Source: Hydrolagus affinis (lineage: Eukaryota). Taken from it: a stretch of DNA of 64,000 bases. The position numbers were made by a program, and so were the translations under genes. The notes under the pieces are model-generated. The model saw only the letters and a program-made list of their open reading frames with translations, was not told the origin of the DNA and did not search any database. The DNA lies in assembly GCA_012026655.1 (NCBI GenBank), contig JAAILG010001588.1:1-64000 (forward strand), given 5' to 3'. This document shows, piece by piece, positions 54,801 to 64,000 of the stretch (the stretch's first letter is position 1; each line of letters begins with the position of its first letter).

Positions 54801-57800
54801 CATTGCTGGGTTGAGGCAAATTAGGGAAAGGAGATGGCAAATGGAATTTAGACCTTTTGTTAGGGTTGTTGTACGTGCAGTTGAACTATTAAAGAAAAAT
54901 GAAAGTATTGCTTTAGTATTCACAGCAGTATTTATTAATATGTAATGTTTTTCTGTAAACTCTTACAGTGGGTAAGTAAATAAGTATTCCTAAACTGTTC
55001 TGCTAATCAGAAAAGTCAATTACAAGAAGTTTACAGAACTATGAAGTCCATTCAGAGCAGATTAATGTAAAGGATAGGCTACAAGGTGTTCCCCCCACCC
55101 CCATTAACATTTTGCCTAGATCACATGTATGCTTGTAATGTGAAGTCATCATTACTGGAAGTGTGGTGCAATTCCAGTTTCCATTACAGACAAGCACATA
55201 TGTACTGCACAGGAAGATGGTCAATTAGCCACAACTAATCACACAAACATTTTCAGACCTAGAAACACTGTCTGTGACCTGAAAATCTAGAGACGTGACT
55301 CATGGCCCTTATTTCTAACACAACCACTAGAATGTGAAGCTAATTTTATGGGCCTAAAACATATGTTATAACAGAGTCACCCTGTACTTAGGATCAACAT
55401 TTTTGTATAGGATGATGGTTATCCAATTATCAATTTTTTCACTTCATCTGCATTGGGCTCCAACTCAGAAGTAGATGTGTGGCTGTGGGATTATTGGCAA
55501 AACAATCTAATTGTGTGCATGTGCGAGGTTGCTAGGGATGCAATTAAATTGCTCTGCACCAGCAGCATAAACAAAACAGTTTATCCTTTTGTACAACTTT
55601 AGAGTCAGAGAAAGAAATTTAGGTAAGTCATAGAGGGAGAGAAAGGCAGAATGAGAGTCAGTGAAGGAGTGAGAGAGACTTTGAGAAAGAATGCAGAGAG
55701 GGACAAATGATGGGCAGCAGAGTGAGAGAGTTTGAGACAGAGTCAAAGAGAATTAGAATTTTGCATGAAGGCCAACTATCCACATTATTCACTGATCCAC
55801 AATGGAGCCAATCCCATTTAGTATGGATAATCAGATCTACACTGTACAAATGAAAGATTGATGATCATTTCAATTTACTTTTATTTATGCCAATTTACCA
55901 TTATGTGACTATTTAAGTGGTAATGCAGCAATTTGCAAATTTTGGTACATCAATGGATTAAAACCACCAGTAGAGCCAAGTAATGGAGAATGAATCTAAT
56001 TAATTTAAATCGCGGTGCAATAGTCATCATTGAGCTTCTCAATCATGGCGTACTCTAAAATCTCAATTGACTTCAGAAGGCTAAAGTCACTACGGAATAC
56101 AACAAGGAATCATTTATTACATTCACAAAATACACTGACTAACTACTGAAGGATTAACCGAATGTCAATTCTTATTTGAAACCAAAACAGAAATCACTGG
56201 GAACACTCAGCAAGTTGGGCAGCTTCTACCGAGAAAGGAAAAGTGAGTCAACATTTCAGGTCCATGACCCTTTGTCAGAATTTGCATTTTTGTCAATTCT
56301 TATTTGTAGAATTGCAGATTTGAAAGCCCACTATTCTTGCAAAGTTAGAAAAAAGCATGCTCAACTCCCCTAAACAGTAACCTCTTTTCTTTACATGAAA
56401 TACTTTACAATGTAAATAAAGATAAATAGTATGCACATTACCATAACAGTTTGGGGTCTGTTTCCATCTTCAAGCATGCCATTATCTCCTGATTCTTCAT
56501 CTTCATAATCTGTTGACCAGCCACTTTCCTCAGCAGGATACTCCAGTTGTACAACAACCTAACAGTGAGTTCAAAACACATTACAATCCTGCAGCAACCT
56601 GTTTTTTCCTACTTAATTTGCAAGGTCATTCACATAAACATTCTAAATCAGATATTGTACCAGCCAAAAAAAATTATGAAATTTAACAATGAATTATTTT
56701 TCTTCCCAAGGAAAACAAAAATGTATAAGTCATTTTTTTGGAATGTACTAAAGTAAAATTGTATAACATGCACTAGCACTTATCAGTTAACAACCATCCG
56801 TGACACGCGTTGAAGATCATTTTAGGATAAACTAATTATGGCTAATGTGAAATCAATGGCTGGCAGGCACTTAAATATCTCATAACCTAGAACCATTCTG
56901 TAGAATTTGACTGAGCTATTCCAAATGAGGTAATCCTACATAATAGGCTGATCTTGTGCATTATTCTGAATCTGCTTTTCAAATGGAAAATATATCTCTC
57001 ATGCTATTATGATAAATAATTCTCAGTTAGCAACCATTTGAAAATCAGTGAAGCAATATTCAAGATATCACAACAAAAAAATATTCTTCCCTTTCAGAAC
57101 TTTTTTTTTAGTGGAGAATGATAATGTACACACATTGTTAAAAACAACTGTAAAAAATTCAGTTTTACTTACTGAATTCAGGTAAATAGTTGAACCATCT
57201 ATTGTGGATGTATACTTGGTAGTTTCACAACTTTTGAGTGAGGATTCCAAAATGTAATGGGTAGCATTTTCCTTTGCTTTGCATTTAGGATCCAAGAGAC
57301 TAACCTGTGTCACTGTAGAAGTATCCGTCTGCAGGAGAAAAACAAATATGAAACATGCAATCTTCTTACAGAATTATGAACTTTTAGTTATTTTGGCCCG
57401 AACAAATATGTTCACATTATGAACACACTGATCCCTTTGATTCATGTCAGCACCAAAAAAAAAACGACATTTTAATTATTGCTATGCTGACAACAGAAAT
57501 CTTGGGAGTCTGCATATAGCACACAGTAAAATGTATCAGAGGCGACATGATGATCATTTTCTTTAATTAATTTTTTTGCATTTTGCTTCTAATATGACTG
57601 CTGAAATATTGGATCCAGATGACCTCATTAAATTGAGGTCTTGTATAATCAGAATGAAATGTGTTTTTCCTGAACAACATTTAAACCTTTTGGTCATTTA
57701 TTTGTTAACCGATCATTTATTTGGTAACAAACATGCAGAGTTCCTGTTTGTTTGTCAGCTCATTACAAAATCAAACACCTACAAGCTTACAAACATTTTG

Positions 57801-60471
57801 CTAGCCCATCAATCTGTGCTTCACCAGTTATTTGACTAGGGCACTAGATGAGATCATTCTGCAGCTGTAAGTGTTCCATTTGTTGGGTGGAGTGGGAAGA
57901 ATGATGTAGTCTGACATGCCCTACTCAAATCTCAACTCCTTCAAACTATAAAAGGAGCCTCACTGATTATGGAGAAGCCTATGTCCCATGCTGCTTTTGC
58001 CCAACCCCTGGAAAACTATACATGACAAGAAAATGTAAGGTAACAAAATACAGGAGTATCAACAGCTTTTAAAAAATGTGTGTGTTTTTTTTAAATGGTG
58101 AGGATTGTGAAGCTGATCTGTTAGGAGATAGGGAGCCAATGAAGCCTGTCAATGATGGGAGTAATGAACATGTAAAGTTTCATGTGGGCAAGGAGGTGAT
58201 TAAAAAAACTTTTGGAAGAACTGGAGTTTGTGGATAGTGGATATGTGCAGGCTGATGAGGAGGGCATTTAAAACTTGAGTCTGGAGGGGATGAAGTGATG
58301 GATGAGGTTTTTGCAGCATGATTTAGAATGGAGGCAGGTTGAAAAGTTGCAGAAAAGTGGTCTTGGTCAGGGACCAGATGTAAGAAAGAAAGAGATCTAA
58401 GACTTGAATCAAGATCACATTTAGTGGTTTGAGAAGAGAAAGATGAAGCTTGAGCAAGTTGGAACCAGAGGAAAGGTGTGGTTAAGAGCTGAGGAGGATG
58501 GCTTCCAACTTGTCCATCTTTAGCTGAAGAAAGTTGAGGTTTATCCAGGACTTGATGTCTGACACACAGATATTCAGCACATCAATAGACCTAACATCAA
58601 GGGTAGAGGTACAGATGTAAATTTAGGTGTCATCTACAGACATGAGGAAACCAATTCCATGCGGATGTGGCCCTCAAAGGAGAGCCAGTGACTATATGAG
58701 GGTGATAGGAGAAGTCATTGAAGAAAACAAACCTGTAAACTGTCTTTTTCAACTGTGACTATCATTCTATGATCCTCACATCGCAGAGACAGTACGACAT
58801 TATCGATGGCCTGAATCTCCTCTGGTTCAGATAGTCCTTCCCTCATCAATTTTTCAAGAGGTCTTTCCCAGGGCCTTTGTAGCAATTCAGGGTTTGTGCC
58901 TCCTTTACCATAATCTTCTCTTCGAAGGGGAAAGCGAAATCGAAATGGGTCTGATAACGTTTGTTCAGGAAACATTTGTCCAGGAAATTGAGGAGGCTGT
59001 CTGAGAAGGTCAAGCTCTGGAGGAAAAACTGATTTTGCATCATCTTGTTGAACCCCTGAGAAAAAGAACAATGGTTATGAAATTTGTTTACTTAAATATT
59101 TTTATTTTTAACATTTAATGCCTAGACCATTAAAATAACTGAAGCCCATGAAAGACTGAAATATTGTTTGAATTTTTAAAGTATATTTACTTTTTATAAA
59201 GGAGAAATTATTCTTATTGCACTTTTAGTAATCTGTGTAATACCCAACAGGTTTGAAACAAGCATAATGTGTTTAATTTTTTGAAAAATGGGGGTGCTCT
59301 CACTGACGTGTCTCATATTGACTCACAATGTTAGTCTTAACATCATTATCTCAAAATGTTAATGTGCAGAATTTTCAAATGACCTACACCAAACCTTTTA
59401 TTAAAGTTACGTTGTATTATTTTTATCAACATAAAGGTTGATAATTGCACTTGTGAAAAATCCAATTTAAGATCTTGACATGTTACAGCACTTCACCCTT
59501 AAATCATTACAAAATGATTCAATTGTAGATGGAGAACTAGGTAATATATATGTTATGTATAGGCAATGAAAACCATGATACTTGGCAGGAGGGAGAAAGA
59601 GTGAAGGAGGGTTAGGCTCCACAATATACCCCTCTGGGTGCAGAAGCCAATCACAGTTTTATTACTGTCTATCATATACATAGTTTTGGATTTCCACTGC
59701 AATAGACTGAGAAAATCAGCAGGGAGGGGAGGGGGCGGGCTTCCTTGAGGGACTTTAAATTGCTGGACAGCCAGAGCATAATTACTTCATTCACTTTTCA
59801 ATTAGCTCTCTGCAGGATTTTTTTCTCTCTCAAACACATGCACCTCCCCCAATCCTCAACCACTAACACATGTATACATTATATTTTCAAAGGTCAACAC
59901 CCTTTGAAAGGGTGTAATTTGATACATTCAATTTGCACTTCACAGAAAGCGAATAACAAACTGAATCGCCTGTGAGGTAAAGAGATTACACAGGAAATAT
60001 TATTCAAAGGGCCTTGCTCAGGTCTATGCCAGATTGAGCCTGTGGAAACAGGCCTAGTATATGTATTGTCGCCTTTGATTCTACAATGGCAATATGTTCT
60101 GCTATACTGATTAATAATGTGGTTTCTGCATTTCAAAGAAATGCACCCAATTTGAGGCATTACTTCAACACAAGTTGCCTATCAAAGCCATGTTTTGTGT
60201 ATTACACCGTTATTGCTATTGCATCCCATTCTTGCAATTCATTTGTATGCAATGTCTAAAGTCAGAAACACTTACCAGATTCTTGGAGTCTTAAATGAAT
60301 TTGGTTTGCAACACCAACTTTTGTATAGGAAGTGATAGGACTGTGACTACGTTCTTGTGCCCAGTTTATAAGATCAATGTAGTTGGATGCCAGATTTGGC
60401 ATTACTTCTTTCTTCACAATCATCATGCCTTCCATCTCCCGATTGATGCTGACGCTGATGCTGTCAGAGGC
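45697..60471 (-). CDS. TGFBR3: TGFBR3 (betaglycan), last ten coding exons, 554 aa in window; 5' exons lie beyond the window end
   Basis: In-frame exon chain covering the orphan-domain end, ZP domain, GAG-attachment SG sites, TM helix [21 protein letters not shown] and cytoplasmic tail ending CSSSSTA*. Confidence 0.96.
46123..46565 (-). mobile_element. tRNA-derived SINE with a 110-bp insert
   Basis: Family match, insert 46329-46438 flanked by 28-bp direct repeats. Confidence 0.88.
47570..48005 (+). mobile_element. Degenerate CR1 ORF2 and 3' end
   Basis: Decayed LYSAVV..HLD....FW / VQRKATR pattern, ...gatgggccaaaggacttcct-like tail. Confidence 0.6.
49700..49807 (-). CDS. TGFBR3: TGFBR3 transmembrane exon ([35 protein letters not shown])
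   Basis: Highly conserved TM segment. Confidence 0.97.
50417..50452 (-). CDS. TGFBR3: TGFBR3 36-nt juxtamembrane exon ([11 protein letters not shown])
   Basis: cag acceptor and gtaagt donor, phase 1-1, at the position of the small stalk exon in mammals. Confidence 0.7.
51004..51255 (+). mobile_element. SINE, 5' truncated
   Basis: Family match. Confidence 0.85.
52294..52414 (-). CDS. TGFBR3: TGFBR3 exon (CIPPDEAC...[15 protein letters not shown])
   Basis: Homology, AG/GT sites. Confidence 0.95.
53073..53370 (+). mobile_element. tRNA-derived SINE, full length
   Basis: Family match. Confidence 0.92.
53556..53864 (-). CDS. TGFBR3: TGFBR3 exon (VSITK...[15 protein letters not shown]...RFSFVFK...FLHCEITLC...LPK)
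   Basis: ZP-C core, AG/GT sites. Confidence 0.96.
54706..54885 (-). CDS. TGFBR3: TGFBR3 exon (FNCTY...[14 protein letters not shown]...LFVE)
   Basis: ZP-N/ZP-C boundary homology, AG/GT sites. Confidence 0.93.
56442..56558 (-). CDS. TGFBR3: TGFBR3 exon with GAG attachment sites ([18 protein letters not shown])
   Basis: Two Ser-Gly motifs in acidic context, AG/GT sites. Confidence 0.93.
57173..57328 (-). CDS. TGFBR3: TGFBR3 exon ([27 protein letters not shown]...YLNS)
   Basis: ZP-N cysteines, AG/GT sites. Confidence 0.95.
58100..58660 (-). mobile_element. Old purine-rich LINE (L2-like) fragment
   Basis: Decayed L2-like ORF2 composition (gtgtcatctacagacatgaggaa, gttgaggtttatccagg). Confidence 0.4.
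58733..59055 (-). CDS. TGFBR3: TGFBR3 exon (linker plus ZP-N start, ...PPEL...EPEEIQ...[16 protein letters not shown])
   Basis: ORF 58715-59071, homology, AG/GT sites. Confidence 0.93.
60276..60471 (-). CDS. TGFBR3: TGFBR3 exon (ASDSISVS...[22 protein letters not shown])
   Basis: Matches the SPITSYT..VANxxHLRL motif, AG/GT sites. Confidence 0.93.
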
Positions 60472-63284
60472 CTGGATGTGATGGAAAATTTTTTAACACA
60501 ATAAGCTATTTACTTTCTTTCTAGCTGTTGTTTTTATTGGGAATCTCAACAGATTGACTTCAAGTTTCCTCGAGTCCTACCATCTCCCTATCTCTGTCAC
60601 GTTCTCCTACCCCACTCTTCTGCTCACCCCTCTGATCAGCTAACTGGTCACCACACTCCATGTCACCACAGGTGCCTGGGCCTTGATCAACTAATTCCCT
60701 ATCCTCTGGAACTGTCTCAGCCCAACCACACTCTGTCTTTAAATCCCACCAAAAGTCTACCTCTATGATCATTTCCCCCTTATCCCTACTTCTCCCTTCT
60801 TCTGTGTCCAATCCAGTCTATGTGAAGCACAGACAGTATCCTACTTAAAGCCTCTTTATAATTGCTAGTGGTTTTTGTTGTTGGTCGTCTTGTTTTTAAA
60901 AGTGCAAGCACAGGCATAATGGGAGAAATGGCTTCTTCTTTGTTGCTCAATTATAGAATTTGCTATCTTTCATCACAGAATTAATCTAATTTATAAATAC
61001 TGTAATGTGATAAAAGTAAATATATTTAATTTGTTTTTAACATTGTGTTAGAACAGTTTTTGAAATTACTTACATAATTTAGTTGCTTATCTTCAAATAA
61101 AAAGAACACATGTACAAGCAATTTTGTATCTGGATGTCCATTTAACAAAATAAATTGAGGGCAAAAAAAGGTTAATTATTCTTAACTAGTTTGTTTCTCA
61201 TAATATATTATAGCTCCAGGCAGCTATTATCTATTGTCACATCTCCCTAACAAAACCTATACTCCAACTGTCAGAACCATGCTTTGGATCTTATCGGCAA
61301 CTTCCTGCATCAGAAATCTATAAGTTTCTTTACTGAGACATCATTATTATCCATTACTATAATCTAAGTTGATGACTCAAAGCAGAATTTCTTACAGTAA
61401 GATGATGAATGCTGATTAAATTAGTGCAGAATACATTATTGCCACGCAAATGTACTTTCCCCATTTGTACATTTCCGTTAATGTTTACCACAATGAACGT
61501 AAAAGCAAGCTATATTGGCTGGTATGATGGTGTTGTGTGTTTAGAGCATTGTTGCTCAGTATCAGCTCATCAAAAATGAGCTGATATTGGTTCCGAATCA
61601 GAACACTGCAGAGTGGAAAGTGCTATGGTGGATGCTTCAAGAAAGATATTATCAAGTGGGTAAAACTGGTACCTAACCCTTCTTGAGGGCAAACGAGGGA
61701 AGAGTGATTTTGTGGGAGCAAGCTGTCCATCAACTCATCAAACAGATGGAATTAAAGACCGTATATAACTTCTAATAATTAGCTATCATGATTAAAAAAA
61801 AGATTTTACAACCAATTTAACAAATGAACAACCTCAGATTCATATTGTGTTTGAATGGTTACAAATCAAGCAAAGAGCTGTGGGACCTGTGGTTCTTTTT
61901 GTCCCCGTTTCTAAAATAGAAGCTGCACATTTCTGAAACTTGGCAGAATAAATTGACCATTTAGTAATGCTTTTATATTAGTCCCAGTTTGTCAAACAAT
62001 TTGTAAATTAATTATTTTTGTAACTTCAAAAATATTTTTACAATAGCTTTAAAAGTTATAATAATTCTATAGTGTAGTATTTGTGTGTGTATATTGAGGG
62101 GTGGGGAAATGAGAAGGGTATAAATTGTCATTTCTCAACCAAAATTTAATAGATGCCTTTTATGGGTCTAACAGAGCAAAAGATATCTGAATCTAAACCA
62201 CTGACACAAATTAATATAATTCAGTAATATAAACTCTTTCGATCAAGGAAAAGCCACATGGAACAGATGCATTTATGGTTTGATTAGCAATCTGACCATT
62301 CTGAGCAGAATACACACACTATATAAATTTCATGCTTCAAATAATGTTTTTGATTGAAATGCATGATCATTTCACAGGCATAATGCAGTGTATCTTTACT
62401 AAATTCCCCATTTGTTCCTCATTTTGTTTGCCCTTATTGTGACCAAAATGTAATCCTTTCCCACTGAAAATTCCCACGGATTCAGCAATCCCCTACTTAG
62501 ACTTCCACTATGGTTGTATTGTTTTTAGAAGCACCACAATCACGGTTAATTATTCAATTTCTCCTTCAGGATTTCCAAAGCGTTACACCCTCAAACTTTG
62601 CCTATAAATATTCATTCAACTCCCCTTTTGATCAGACATTGATCTCCCCTTTGTTAAGTGCCAAATTGTTATCTTTACTATAGATCCCTCTTTGTAATTT
62701 TAATGAACTTATTCATTTAATTTTATGTTTATTTTCTAATAATTTTGCCATTCATTTCATGTAATACTTCTTTACGTTTATTTCAGCTATTAAGGTTGTC
62801 AAAACTTCAGGTGGAATTACCTCTAGTATCTCATTCAGGTAGAATTACCTCTGTTTCCTCCACTTAGATTCATTGTTAAAAAGGGTCAAATTTCAACACA
62901 TGTTTGTAATAAGAATAGTTGAATTTATCACCTAAAATCAAGTTGCCCAATTTCCCTTTCTGCATGACATTGATTTCATGCTGTGGACAGACAGCTGAAC
63001 AAATACTGGTTTCAGAAGTGCATTGTCATGACTGGCACAGTCCCATTTCAATTCTCAGAGGCATTTAACCCATGTTGCTGCCATGCTTCATTCTTCCCAC
63101 ACCATGTCAAGTAATCAAACTGTGGGAACATCATACTGCTAAATTTGTTTAAAAACATCATTATGGCACTACATCTTTACATACAGATAAGAAGCTGTAT
63201 TTTCATAACTAACTTTTTTTTAAAAAAAGGGATCTGACATAATTTCAAGATCCAATATCCAAAAGATATATTTTTTAAATAATT

Positions 63285-63450
63285 TGGTCACTCAATCCAT
63301 GACAGTTTATGGGACACTGATGTGAGGAATTTATGCCGTGTTTTACCCACAAACATGCAGTCAATTCACTTTACAGTATATTCGCTGAAGGGCTTTGAGG
63401 CGTCCAGAAGACATGAAAAGCGCTATATCAAATGCAAGAATTATTATTAT
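63285..63450 (+). mobile_element. SINE 3' half
   Basis: Family match. Confidence 0.85.
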
Positions 63451-64000
63451 AATTACGTTGTTAGCTTCCTAATAAAATGTTGACAGTTATCATTCAGACA
63501 GGCAGTAAGGCAACAGGCGTCTCTAACACCGGCAAGTGAATTTTTTTAAAAAAAAGTGAAAAACTACATATTGAACGTTATCAGTTGTTTAGAAAAGGAG
63601 TCATAAAATAATTAGATTCAATGGTTTTAAACAAACCAGGACTTATTTTTAATGGTCTTCGACTACATTAAGAATAAAGAAATACATGACTTGACTGACA
63701 AAAATAAATCTGTTAGAACATTTCTTCAGCTGCTGTGTTGCACAAAATAATTTCCCTTTTGTTGACATAGTGTTGGGTTAAGTGTGAAACTACTATATAC
63801 TATATTGAACTGTTTAAACAGGAGGTTTAGAACTGGTCTCTACAATTTACGACTCAGAAAATAATAGTCCTGAAAATTTGATTTTCTGACGCATCCAAAA
63901 TAAATTCTAGGCAAGTGAGGTAATCATCAACAAACAGTATTGATGACACATTTATACATTTTTATTTTGTTTATCCAGCAAATAAATAATCAGCTTGCAA

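Noticed and set aside
62806-62852. 19-bp direct repeat ttcaggt(g/a)gaattacctct
   Set aside because: Only two copies; ordinary local duplication
60472-64000. Search for the next upstream TGFBR3 exon
   Set aside because: No matching reading frame found; the region appears intronic and the exon is probably outside the window

Overview
AT-rich vertebrate genomic DNA, most likely from a cartilaginous fish such as a chimaera or elephant shark (inferred from the tRNA-head/Deu-domain SINE, L2 and CR1 repeat content; not verified). It holds three spliced genes of the conserved HFM1-CDC7-TGFBR3 block. These are the last four coding exons of HFM1 (+, ending ...IGIFDGIF*), a complete CDC7 kinase gene (+, CpG-rich promoter near 3.2-3.45 kb, 11 coding exons 10504-25285, 574 aa) and the last ten coding exons of TGFBR3/betaglycan (-, 60471-45697, 554 aa in the window). 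The rest is dominated by many full or partial copies of one tRNA-derived SINE, L2 and CR1 LINE fragments, two related pogo/Tigger-type MITEs and old SINE relics. Notable points: HFM1 is oriented opposite to its mammalian arrangement; a palindromic MITE carries Jerky-like N-terminal peptide arms; an LF-SINE-like relic sits in CDC7 intron 1; and two SINE copies share about 140 bp of 5' flank. All exon phases were checked by hand. Family assignments rest on recalled sequences, not on database searches. No prokaryote-type systems were seen.
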